A stretch of 64,000 nt of DNA from positions 29,884,001 to 29,948,000 of the forward strand of contig CM060731.1 in NCBI GenBank assembly GCA_030704615.1. Reading direction: 5' to 3'. Below the pieces are notes generated by a model. That model was not told where the DNA came from, made no database searches, and saw nothing but the letters and a program-made list of their open reading frames with translations. The stretch is from Takakia lepidozioides. Its lineage: Eukaryota; Plantae; Bryophyta. Position numbers and translations under genes: made by a program. Below are positions 52,665 to 64,000 of this stretch, in pieces. How positions within the stretch are numbered: position 1 is the first letter of the stretch; each line of letters starts with the position of its first letter.

Positions 52665-53527
52665 TAACTCCAGTAGGTTACATCTTTCTCTCTCTTATTC
52701 CTCAACTCTTCTTGTTTGCAGAGTGACAACAAGGATTCAACCTGTGATCCCAACAACTTCCTTATTTCTAGATGTTTGGTCCACAGAGTTGAGGAGAACC
52801 TTTTGTGACAGGTTTAATGGAGGGTGGCATCTATCTGAGACAATAACCTCTTCTCCTTCCATCCTCCTCCCACATAGGCCCGAGCCTTCTCAGCTATTAT
52901 TTGGCTATAGGGGAAGGTACAGCCGGGATGGGATGGCTTCATCAGTGGGCCTGCTGGCAGTAGAGGTGGAAGGCTTGCATGCAAATTAGAGCATCGATCT
53001 TCTTACATATCTTTGACAACCAGTTTTTGGCAAGATGCATAAGGCACTGAGGATTCTTATAACTTGGAAAGCACCTATATACTGCAAAGAGCTCAGTGCT
53101 ACATATGCTTGACTGCAAAGAGACTCCTTGATACACAAACATGTTAAATCTGCTGACAGAGTAGCTGTGCTTAGTAGTGAACAGATTGCAAGAATTTACT
53201 AACATCAGAGTTGAATTTCACTTCTGTAACATGAGCTGTACAACTCACAGGTGTCTGAGGGCTTGCGCCAACACCTGCAAACAGCAGCCAGCTATGAGTG
53301 GGCACAACAATTGTCGCTCCCAGAAACTGCTGTGTTTGTTGGTATAGAAAGTTATGTACTCAATACTCAATGTTGTAGGGCTATTAGCATGCATCCATCT
53401 TTACCAAATACAGCTATACAACCACCCCTGCATCCTCCTCTTCTAATCACCTTAGTGCCAAGTGATGCAGGATCAGCAGCAGCAAATACTCTGTGTGGTC
53501 TGTTTCCTTCAAAACGGGAGAGTATAC

Positions 53528-55576
53528 TCAAGCCCAAATGCCAACAGCCGCCATGGCAAGGGCTCCTGAGAAAAGGGCCAAATAAGACCACAGTTGCAGG
53601 CTGCATTTGCCTTGCAGGCGCTTGCTTAGGAAGTCCGCCGCGATGAGGTCTACCAATGACATGTACACAAGAATGCCTGCAGATATGGAGTCGAATATGC
53701 CCTCCACAATGAGTGCCCTTGGACTATTCTCATTATAGCTGGATGCAATTCCCAGTCCAACTGCAATTCCTGCCGGGGTGGTAACCGCAAAAAAAAACGC
53801 CATCACTGTAGCAGACACATAATTGAAAGCTGCCTGTCCCCCACCAACAGCGGACAGTATTAGAATTCTTCCTAATAGTGAGCTAGTCAGTCGATTCTAG
53901 ATTAATTAGGCCTATCCAGGGGAAAGTGGGGTGGTGTCAAGGAAGAATAGGTCAATCACCAACATCTGACAGCAAATCACCACATTCCAGTACACATTAG
54001 GCTAGTATGTGTGGGGAAAAAGAAGGCAGGAAAAATGAGAGGCACGGTTGCAGTGGGTACCCATCAAAATGACTCTCTGGCTAACACCACTTTCAGCAGA
54101 AAAGAAGAGAACAAATTGCCAACCTGGGAGATGCAGCCACCAAGGGCAAACCCTTCAAAAAACTGATGGAAGACGAGAGCAGCCATGAGGGGTCTTATGG
54201 TACAGGGGCTTTGTGAGACACCCAGTGCTATCCCTATGATCACCGAGTGAGCCAAGATGCCAATTTCCAACACCTGCATGTTTGCAAACATAGCAATTGT
54301 AGTCAACACGTCAGAAAATAAATTAAGTATGCAGTGCCTGTAGGTCTATATGTCCATGTAAGCTACCTGTGAAAAATCACATTTTCCAGCTTAAAAGACC
54401 ACTATCTAATGGAGTGTGCAAACTAGCTTACTTGTGCAATAACCACGTGTCTGATATGTGAGACACTGTCATTGAATGGAGGGAGGTCATGAGTGTGACC
54501 CAGATGCCCTGGAACATTGTCTTGAACATGGGATGCTGCATGGGCGTTCATGCCAACTATGTGTAACTGCTCGTTCCCATTCTGCCCTCCTTCGACGTCC
54601 TTGAATTTGCTGGAGGGCGCATCTGCGACTGCTTTGTACCTTTCTCCCCCTAGATGAAACAAAAACTAATCATTAGCTAGAATGCACAAGCCTGCCACAC
54701 ATGAACTAATGGTTAGTCCAGCTCCAGAATGGTCCACAGTCATCTCTTTGCATATCCAAAATGAATCTGGCATGGGAAACATCAAGGACCGCACAAGGGA
54801 ACCTAGCATGGCACATGAGCAAGCGAATTACCATCTTTGTGGACCTGCTCTTTCGATCCTGGGATCACTACTGGTATTTAGGTTTGTGACCACTTCATTC
54901 TGCAGCTATTTACCACTGCTTAACCTAAATTCAGCAGCTTGTCTTGACGCTGCCAACATCCTACACATGCGTGGAATCCAGATGTATGAAAAGAATCCGG
55001 TGGCCATGTGAAAGTGTTTCAAGAACCATAGCTTATTTGAGTAATGACGGGGCCTCCTTGAAGGCCTGGCAAGATCAGTTTCCGTCCGAAAAAAGGTATG
55101 TTTCGAAGTACTAAGCAAAAAAGTATGTATGGTGCAACCTTACCCGCGTGCGCCGGTAGGGGCTCCCCATTCTCCCCATTCTCAATCTCGCCTCCATGAT
55201 TTTTCTTCCTCCCATAGAACTCAGTAGCAGCAAAGTCAATAACTAAGGTCCCAAGTGCCGCTAGCATGGAAAACAACCCAAAAAATGGATACTTGGACCA
55301 TGGAAAAGCAGGCAGGCAACTGCTGTTCAAGGCATTCGCTGCATCCGGCAACATGTGCACAAATGCAGTCGCCAAGATGACCCCAGCTGCAAACGCCTTG
55401 GCAATGAAGAAAACATTCCCATCTGTCCTCAAAAAACTTAGCCGCCTTCCCACAAGGGGTAATGCTACACCAAGGGCACTGGCAAAGAGAATCAACGCTA
55501 CTGCAGCCAATTTTAAACGTAGAGCCTCCGGCTTATCTCGGCACGAGAGATCCAATGAAGCTCCACAGTCTGCCAT
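53528..55576 (-). CDS. ZIP-family Zn/Fe transporter (ZIP4/IRT3-like), 4 exons
   Basis: Exons 55576-55144, 54649-54432, ~54273-54124 and ~53834-53528. Motifs [17 protein letters not shown], His-rich loop, [33 protein letters not shown]. Confidence 0.94.
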
Positions 55577-55767
55577 CCCCTCTCAAGCACCCGCTCCTGC
55601 ATGCATCAGTTTTACCTTAATCTGGCAGCACCTGTACATATGTAAGCTTGGTTTACTTAACAGCATTGCCCCGGGAGAAACAGCCCCCAGCCTTGTACTG
55701 TCGCTACATACTTACCTTCTGATCAGCTGCCGCGGAACCTGCATGATGTGCTCATTATGTTCATCCG

Positions 55768-55790
55768 ATGTCGACACCCAATGTCGACAC
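55768..55790. promoter_or_regulatory. Tandem Zinc Deficiency Response Elements (ZDRE)
   Basis: Two perfect RTGTCGACAY motifs (ATGTCGACAC at 55768 and 55781) ~200 bp upstream of the ZIP start codon. Confidence 0.85.
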
Positions 55791-56264
55791 GAGGGACCGG
55801 TTCGTTCACCTTCTTATACTTACCTCTTTTCCTTTTTAAAAAGGGCAGACAAATCAGGTCCCCCGTTTTTCTTTTCTTTTTTTGTATGTATATTCTTATA
55901 CCTTTTTTATAAAAACATTTAGAGAACAGGGGACAGAGGCTTCCAGTGTTTTTTTTTCTGGCGAAAAATCGCCAGATTTCGACCTGAAAAATGGGTCGGC
56001 TACTTTTACTAAGGAGTTATGGGAGTAAAAATAAAAAAATCTCCAGAAAGCGCCACAAGTTAAATAACATGAGCCAGATTTTTCCTACGTGGACCTAGTA
56101 AAACATGACACTTGTATAATATCCACTTTTCTAACTTTGTTACCTCTTTATTCTCGCCACATGGGCACTGGGTAAAATCTACATGTCGCCATGCCTGCGA
56201 TTTTGGAAAAGTGACAAAAAATTATTTATTGATAAGGTGTAAGGAGAAAATAACCTTACAAAAC

Positions 56265-56465
56265 CTTTTTTTTTTTTCCAAAGGGAAACACCTGGGAGTG
56301 ACAGACTGAATAACCTCTTTCACAGTAAGCGTGGCATGGAGGCTGAGAAGTGGGACACCGCCCAGGGAAGGGGGAGAAGAGTAATACCACACCCGTCAAG
56401 TAGCAGGATTTGACCCCAGAATCATCCGGGTGGCACTCAGTGTGCTTACCAACTGAGCTACTGAC
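56265..56465 (-). mobile_element. tRNA-derived SINE
   Basis: GTAGCTCAGTTGGTAA A-box, GGTCAAATCC B-box, T-run on the + strand forming the tail. Confidence 0.75.
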
Positions 56466-56799
56466 TGATGATTCTTTATTTGAGTGTATATTTTTGTTTC
56501 CAAGGAATCAGCGGGCCCAGCAACTGCGCCTTGGAAGGGGAAAGTTAACATGCTTTGTGCTATAGGGGAGGTGCCATCTGCCGAGGTGGCACCGTTAAAT
56601 GCGACGTCATCAGATGACATCTCCCATGGCCAGACGAACTTTGGGTCAAGGGAGATCCAATAATAAAATACAAAGAAAAGTAATGGCAAGCTCTTTACGA
56701 GCCATGGAGACATTATAAGGTAGAGAGACAGATGACATGGGTTTGAAATCCACGCAGGCCAATACACTAGTGGCTTATCACCAGGACACGGCCTGTTGT

Positions 56800-57772
56800 T
56801 GTTGGAAATCAACTCCTGACCAAGTTACTACTACCTAGAGTTACTGTGATGACAAGTCATGCTTCCATAATAGGAGTGTTGTCAAGTCACAGTTAACAAT
56901 AGAGATAAGCCTCGGTTAGCTAAAGTTAGCTTGACTCAAGTCATTGTACCCAAATAGCAGGTGGAGATAACTTAAGTAAAAGCATGGAGTTATGCTATAG
57001 TTATCTCAGCTATTTCTGGATTAGACTTTGAGTATAAATAGGAAGAGCTCGGAGGGTGGACACACAACTTGTTGTGGTCCTATGGTTTGGTGGAGAGTTC
57101 TCCGTAATCAGTTCATATTTTATCTCTATTCTCTGTCAAATTCCAACATGGTATCAGAGCAAGGTTCTGTCTGAGAGATAGAAGGAGATGAGTATTTGAT
57201 TTACAACCAATAGGCTTGAGCGCTTGGGGTTAGATCTGAAAGCTTGAATGCTTGGAGTTGAGTGCTTGGTGTCAGATCTGAAAGCTTGAGTGCTTGGAGT
57301 TAGATCTAAAAGTTTGAGGGTGTTTTATGGTTGGCAAAACATCAAACCAGTATCATGGCACACTCTGCTGATCATACCTGAGTGTGCTTAACTTGGTAAT
57401 TCGTTGAGTGGGGGTGTTGGAAATCAACTCTTGACCAAGTTACTATTACCTAGAGTTACTGTGATGACAAGTCATGCTTCCATAATAGGAGTGCTGTCAA
57501 GTCACAGTTAACAATAGAGATAAACCTCGGTTAACTAAAAGATAGCTAAAGTTAGCTTCAGTTATTAGTGACTCAAGTCATTGTACCAAAATAACAGGTG
57601 GAGATAACTTAAGTAAAAGCATGGAGTTATACTATAGTTATCTGAGCTATTTCTGGATTAGACTTTGAGTATAAATAAGGAGAGCTGGGAGGGTGGACAC
57701 GTTTGTTGTGGTCCTATGGTTGGGTGGAGAGTTCTCCGTAATCAGTTCATCTTTTACTGTCAAATTCCAACG
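56800..57772 (+). mobile_element. Complete TRIM (terminal-repeat retrotransposon in miniature)
   Basis: LTR1 56800-57148 (TG...CA), PBS TGGTATCAGAGC (tRNA-iMet) at 57149-57160, ~265 bp non-coding interior, PPT GAGTGGGGG, LTR2 57415-57772 (ends CG), 5-bp TSD GTTGT. Confidence 0.95.
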
Positions 57773-57789
57773 GTTGTGTGGTCCTTTAA

Positions 57790-58435
57790 TTATACGGAGA
57801 GGAAAAAATAATCTATAAAAGAAACCTCGATATGAGGCACCAATCTCACAAGGCTCATGGGACACCGCCCAAGGGAAGGGGGAGAAAACCCGATAAGGTA
57901 ACACGATTTGAACCCAGAATCACCTTGGTGGCAGTCAGTGCTCTTTTGAATTGAGCTTACTGGCTGGTGGTTTGACCATTTTTAAAAGATATTTTTAGTA
58001 AATTATTAAGTTTATTTAATTCCCATTTAATTTTTCTGTTGAAATATAAAATATATTTGAGGTTCTCAATTATAATATAATATAATATAATATTCGACGC
58101 CTCCAAAAGGAAGTGTAGGTGTCTCTTGACCCACTGGCTTCCCCTCGGAAGATGGACACCTTGTGACACCAATTGGTGGATTGAACCAACAAGCACTTCT
58201 GAGGTGGTAAGTTATGTGCCCATCACCACTCGGCTACAATTTGGTGTCAAATATGAGCCTAGCTAAGTCAGTTGGATGCTGCAGTGAGTACTAGGCAGGT
58301 GCTACTAGGTTCAAATCCTGCTAGCCTACATAGTTGTGTGGGTGGTATATTTGTCTCCCCTGTGCTGCAACATAGCCTTGTGAATTTGGCACAGTTAGAG
58401 CATCCATACCACTGTTGTGCAGGTAGTCCCTTTTT
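57790..58435. mobile_element. Cluster of three tRNA-derived SINEs (two minus, one plus)
   Basis: B-boxes at ~57905-57915 (-), ~58180-58190 (-) and ~58308-58318 (+, GGTTCAAATCC). Confidence 0.6.
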
Positions 58436-58590
58436 AAGGAACCGGGCGGATCCGGTTCGGATTTTCTTCTAGGGCCAAGTTAGGGTCCCAATCCGAGTTT
58501 TCAAAATTGGGAAAATCCGGGTCCGGGTTTGGGTCCGGGTATTTGAACACAGGGTCTGATCAGGGTCCGGATGGTTGCTGCAAAATATTA

Positions 58591-58901
58591 CCATACTTAC
58601 CTGGCTTATTAGGCACTTCCGCGCCTAATAATTAATAAAAAGGGAATATTATTAGGCAGATTCGTTTTTATTATTTAGGCACCTCACATAGGTAATTTCC
58701 AGACATTAGGCATGTATTACAGCTGACCCTATTGTTGAGGTAATTTTCTCTTAAAAAAACATAATGGTTTTGAAAATAGAATTTGAGCAATTAGGCCTTC
58801 TCAGGAATTGTTTCCAAGTTTTAGGACATTTTCCAAAAATATTCTAAATTTAATTAGGCACTTGATTTTGAATTATTGCCTAATAAGCTAGGTAACTACG
58901 G
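58591..58901. mobile_element. Tc1/mariner-type MITE (TA TSD)
   Basis: TA|CCATACTTACCTGGCTTATTAGGCA ... TGCCTAATAAGCTAGGTAACTACGG|TA; internal ttaggca repeats. Confidence 0.75.
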
Positions 58902-58924
58902 TAGTGGGTTTCACGGGTCCGGGT

Positions 58925-59255
58925 CAGTGTTTTTTTTTTCAAATTTGGAAAAGAACAGGAGTGGCTACTGAGTTTTGCAGGAAATAGCCATATTTTCTGC
59001 TCATCCACTGAAATTTGGACAGAATCATTCTCTTGTGTACTTTCATCCATATATATCATCCATATTAGGCAAATCCCTTCCCATCGTTAGGCAGGCACTT
59101 CCCGGAGATGCGGATAAGCTCAAGTTCGCATTTCCATCCAAGATTTTTTTTTGAGAATTTTGGCGATTTCATTCATGAGAAAATAGGGAATTTCAGAATA
59201 TTCGATTTTGATTGTGGTCGAAAAGTGCGAAATTTCACCAGAAATAAAAACTCTG
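58925..59255. mobile_element. hAT MITE with perfect 8-bp TSD
   Basis: CAGTGTTTTT...AAAAACTCTG flanked by GTCCGGGT on both sides. Confidence 0.88.
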
Positions 59256-60660
59256 GTCCGGGTCCTAACTAATTGATTAAATAAATTGGAAATTACAAAT
59301 AATTAGAAATATAATTACATTTGGCTAGAAGAAAACTAAATCCGAATTGGTAGATTTTATTTTAAGACATATTCTTTCAAGATGTACTGTCCATACTCCT
59401 TCACAAATTATAACATGATGACACAGGAATTTAAATATAATTTAAGATCCACCCATCTTTTTCAATTCTTACATGGTAAGAAAAATAAGTTGATGCTGCT
59501 GAAGAAACGGAATGAGAGATGTGTAGATGGAGCAGGCCCGATTGAAGGGGATTTGGACCTGCAATCCTGCTAGTATCTGTCCCCTATTTGTTGATAAATT
59601 GCTGTTCCAAAGTGAATATCACAACTGACATCAAAATGTTGTTCAATGCTTCACTGCGATGGGTATTTGGTTTCTATCTGAAGTATGGAGAAGAAAGGTT
59701 TTTCACATATGAAGGTAGTGAATTCTGAGAACTAGGTAGAGAAAAGAATTCCTTACGTTGTGTTGTTTTACAGCTTCTTTTACCCATGGGTAGTTTCTAC
59801 TATCGGCCTACACAGGCCTTCAATTCTGATGGAGTGAAAGTCAATGGTTTACACATAGCTCCAGAAGCACTATGTAGGCATCAAGCACGTCTAACCTGGA
59901 GTTCTGCTTTCATTGTCTTTTGAAATAATAATAATAATAATATGCCTCGTAGGTCACTATAGCAAGAAAACCGCCCACCACACCCTAAACAAACAAAAAT
60001 CCAAATGAGAGAGAGTAGAAGGGGCATTATCTACGAGAAGCTCATATATATATATATATGACACTAGCCGAAGCTAGCGTAAATGAGAGCCTCCTCCCCA
60101 TGTGGGTTCCGCCCCTTTTGAGGGGTGGGCTCTATCAGAACCTAAACAATATCACCGTAGCTAGCTGACCACTTTCAATCTTACGCTTGTTGATGATAAG
60201 AGATGTGAGCCAAGTGATAGCTGTAAAATGTATGGTACCTAGGAAGGGGGTGATATGCGTAGGGGGTAGTTTGAGGTTCTCTTGAAGGATGTGGACGTTG
60301 TGGCTGTGTGCAGCTCCTCTTGCACCTGCAGTCATAATAGTCAGGGGAGCTGTGTTGTGTTGGGCAAGGCCCTTCTAAGGGGTTCGTATTTGTCTATTTC
60401 GTATTGGATGGATTGATGTGGGTATCTATCATGGCAGAATGTGAATTCTATAATATGAATAGTAAGGGATGGTAGCGGAGTGGGAGGAGAGACGGCACAA
60501 GTATAAGGTAAGAGCTACATTTTATTTTATGTATTATGGAGTGGGCAAGCCACTGGCCATCCTACCAATCAAATGTTACAGACCTTAATGGTCAAACTGG
60601 TGATAACTTTAAGAGCATAATGAGCAGTTCTACACGACATCGTAATGGGCTTCAACAATA

Positions 60661-61186
60661 CCATAGTGGGATAGCCGGTTAGGCACTTGCCTGCCTAATA
60701 ATTATTTTTGGGGCCACTTGGCAGTTAGGCACTTTTGAGATTTTTTTCTAAATTAGGCATCTTGGATGTGTAATTTTTTCAAATTAGGCAATTAAAAATA
60801 ATGATCACAAAATAAAAACACAAAAATATAAAAATACAGCCGCAGCCATGGATGAAAATTGAAAACTGAGTCCATGGATGACGTTTTAAATAAAAACTCA
60901 GCTGCTGCCATGGATGCAAATTGAAAACTGAGTCCATGGATGACGTTTTAAATGAATATCATTCTAAATGGATGTCATTTTTAGATTTGTTTTCTATTTC
61001 ATATTTTTTTCTAATTTAAATTCCAGTTTTTATAGTGACCATAGGCACTTTTAGAGAAATTTTTGAATATTAGGCACTCTTTGAAAATATTTTTAAAAAA
61101 TTAGGCACTCTTGTCAAAAATAATTTATTTTGATTAGGCACTTTTTTTTCGAATTAATTTCTGCCTAACCGGCTATCCCACTACGG
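60661..61186. mobile_element. Tc1/mariner-type MITE (TA TSD)
   Basis: TA|CCATAGTGGGATAGCCGGTTAGGCA ... TGCCTAACCGGCTATCCCACTACGG|TA; internal ~60-bp tandem duplication. Confidence 0.85.
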
Positions 61187-61628
61187 TAGGTTATGTAACT
61201 CAAGTGTTGCTTATTTATTGTCATAATATGGTGCATGCATACTAGGACCGGGAATATACGTGCTATCCCCGCTCCGTCATTCCCCACCCCGTTCTCGTAT
61301 GTTCCCCCATATTGGTCATCTCGTGGTCGCCAAGCTGCTGGTGGGAAACAAGTATGCCCTCTCTGACACGGCCATGGTCACATTGACTCGGTTTCAAGGG
61401 CGGGTTCAAGTCATTGTACACTGCGCCCGGGTTCAGGGTTCCAAATGACATAGAGAGTCCGCCTTTTATGGTTCAAGGGCAAGGGTTGGACCAGTGTTTT
61501 TTTTCTTGCAAAATCGTCAGATTTCGACCTGGAAAATGATTTCAGTCTCCTCCACCGTAGCACCAAAAGAAGTTTCCGTTGAGTTTTGACAAATCATTCT
61601 AGCGGTCGAGAGCTAGTTTAGCGTAGAG

Positions 61629-62890
61629 CAGGAATAGGGTGCCATAGTGCCACGTCATCGTCGTCACGTTTCGTCGCCACGTTTCATACGTCGTCAATTT
61701 CTTTGGGCCCTGCCCAGTCTGCCCGAAAATAACTGGGAAAAAAACCCGCGTCGTTTACAAGGTTCTTGGAAGAGTCAGCTTGGTCTTGCGCTGTGTTTCA
61801 ATCTCTTTCTGCTCAGCTGCACCGTGGTGGTTCTCACAGACCAATCTGGCATTACCTGACTACAGACACAAGCAGCACACAGAATGTGGAACCTTTGACC
61901 AATGGTACGTGAAGGGGTGATGCCCACCAAGGTCACGTTCGTTTCTGCTCTCAGCGGCGTGTGCCAGCATAGGTGCCCTGGAAAAAGGGAAAATAGGTCC
62001 AAGACATTATGAAAGCTGGAATTGCACCAGATATCATTCTAGAGGCTTCCCTTGCTGCCATCTATGCCAAGTGCGGAAGCATGAAGGAGGCCCGTCGAGT
62101 TTTCGTCAATATGGCTGGACGAGATGTGGTTTCATGGAGTGCGATGATTGCAGGATATGCTCAGCAAGGGTGTGGTCAGGAGGCCTTGGAGACCTATGAG
62201 CAAATGATATGGGAAGGGTGGGTACCGGACAAAGTCACATTCACTTCCGTTCTCGATGCATGTGCCAGCCTAGCAGACCTGGAAAAGGGCAAAAAGATCC
62301 ATGCTGATATTATCAAAGCCAGAATTGAGCCACCCGGCATCCTTGAGCGCGGAGGGGTTTCACGCAATATGGTGACGGCACCCTCTTCTTCGACCTATTT
62401 CAGCCTGTTTTTGCCTCTCATCAGACTCGGCCCTGAGATGCCTGTTATCAGAATCAGCCCTAAATTTTCATGTTGAATTCTGCAAGTTAGCTGGTTGACT
62501 AAACCTTTGATAGTTTGGAGTGACTGACATGATACTGCCAATGTGACAACAGGAAAGTATCCAGAAACAGGTAACAGAGACGAGAAGCTGTGGAATGAAT
62601 ACTTTTCTGACCCCTGTTAATGGTGGGACAATCGAGGCAAAAAGGTAAATGCCTGTTGGATTACAGAGAGTAGCAGATGCAATTGAGCATAGGAACTAGT
62701 GTGATAAGTTGAGTTGGGTGTTTCCTAGAACAAATCTAGGCTGTCATTGTCAGCTGCTAGCAGCAAAGCAAGGATGTATGCATGATTTGTACATAGGCAT
62801 GGATAGCTGAAGGAGCAGGGATAGAGTGTGGGTCCACTAGACTCATCCAACAGGGCCGGACTTCAAGCTCCAGATGACCTATGATTCCCT
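61629..62890 (+). mobile_element. Second member of the Pack-type TIR family (left end plus cargo; right end not in window)
   Basis: CAGGAATAGGGTGCCATAGTGCCACGT terminus as at 38791. Cargo is a PPR fragment plus pieces homologous to 40740-41370 and 39070-39155. Confidence 0.75.
61870..62330 (+). pseudogene. PLS-PPR fragment
   Basis: AIYAKCGSMKEARRVF...[16 protein letters not shown]...TFTSVLDACASLADLEKG; fused to unrelated sequence after RIEP. Confidence 0.85.
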
Positions 62891-62979
62891 GTGGATCAAT
62901 AGCTACAAGAAACCTGCATGGGGAAATGGTCAACTAACTAGCGCAACATAGAGAGTGCAGCAAACAACGTCTTAGGAAT

Positions 62980-64000
62980 ACTTGCTGGCTTTCGGCGAAA
63001 CAGGGGCTATGTGGATCATATCCTGGATGTCAAAAAGGCTTATGACACAGTGTGGAGAGATGGCCTATGGTTCCGCCTCTGGTCTTGTGGGATCAAGGGA
63101 AAGATGTGGAGAGTTGTCCACAACTTGTATGCTCACACCAAAAGCTGTGTCACTGTTAACGGACAGAAGTCCAACTTCTTTGACATAGACCAAGGTGTAG
63201 CTCAAGGATGTACTCTCTCCCCTCTGCTCTTCAATGTTTTCATCAATCAACTCCTCGAGGATGTGGAAAGTGAGGGATTTGGGTTAAGGGTGGGTGATAC
63301 CACCATACCAGCCCTTATGTTTGCGGATGACTTCGCAGGCATAGGGGAGACTCCAACCAATCTCCAGGAGTTGATTGATTGCGCAAAGAGATACTTTGAT
63401 CTTTGGGGGCTAGAGGCTAATGTCAGCAAATGTGCAGTGGTAGCATTCAACGACAGATGAGAGGGAGGAAGTGATCTTTAGTGGCAGTGGGGTAGCCAAG
63501 AGATCCCGGTCCTCCCTTCCTACACTTACCTGGGCGTTGAGTTCTCCTCCAATTGTAATTGGGATGCACATATCCCGAAAGTTGTTCAAACTGGCAAGGG
63601 CAAAGCTCTGGGGCTCACTAAATTTTTCCACTGCAGAGGGGTCAACTTTGAGGTTAAGAAAACCATGCTTTGTCGCGTTATTAGACCTGCCTTGGAGTAC
63701 GGATCTGCTATATGGGTTGATAACTCCAACCAGGCTAAGTCTCTAGAATCCATTCAAGTGGGGGTGCTTAAGGAGTGTATGTCAGCATGCTCCAAAACAG
63801 CCAATGTGGCTGTTCGGGGTGAGTTTGGCATTCCGTCCTTAAGCTCCCGACGAGATGAATTCAAGGTCAGATGGTGGGGTCAGCTGCAACATATGCCCAA
63901 CACCAGATATCCTAAGTTAATCGACTCTATATCTTGGAAACAGGACCGCCCTGTCAAACAGGCTAAGTCCTGGCAGAAGAGAGTAGAAGAGATCCTCAAG
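62980..64000 (+). mobile_element. 5'-truncated non-LTR retrotransposon RT (RTEX/CR1-like), frameshifted
   Basis: AGFRRNRG, LDVKKAYDTVWRDGL, GVAQGCTLSPLLFN, LMFADD; after a frameshift near 63460, YTYLGVEF and RPALEYGSAIW. Runs off the window. Confidence 0.9.

Noticed and set aside
55266-55922. 218-aa plus-strand ORF
   Set aside because: Antisense to ZIP exon 1; no independent protein features.
56400-56465. Functional tRNA genes at the A/B-box sites
   Set aside because: No consistent acceptor or anticodon stems; each is followed by a shared body and A-rich tail typical of SINEs.
60059-60136. Mini TG...CA element or structured ncRNA beside a (TA)n tract
   Set aside because: Short hairpins are present, but there is no second copy or TSD in the window to support it.

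Overview
Nuclear genomic DNA of a land plant, probably a non-seed lineage (bryophyte, lycophyte or fern; inferred from intron-rich genes, abundant PLS-PPR sequence and an RT clade atypical of angiosperms). The left 27 kb is gene-rich: GH17 beta-1,3-glucanase, TAF6 and WEE1 head-to-head, an intronless F-box gene, endonuclease V and an orphan epoxide-hydrolase exon. 27-38 kb holds decayed material (ABC1K1 and F-box/kelch pseudogenes, MITEs, a palindromic repeat array). The standout structure is an ~11.2 kb non-autonomous element (38791-49970) bounded by ~350-370 bp terminal inverted repeats. It carries scrambled PLS/E-class PPR fragments mixed with splice-site-bearing exons of unrelated host genes (DPB4/NF-YB11, MCCB, ALY), a gypsy RNase H piece, SINEs and a CACTA element. 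A second member with overlapping cargo begins at ~61630. The right part also has a ZIP4/IRT3-like zinc transporter with two perfect ZDRE boxes, a complete TRIM, nested hAT and Tc1/mariner MITEs, many tRNA-derived SINEs and a truncated non-LTR retrotransposon. All assignments come from reading the sequence; no database searches were run.
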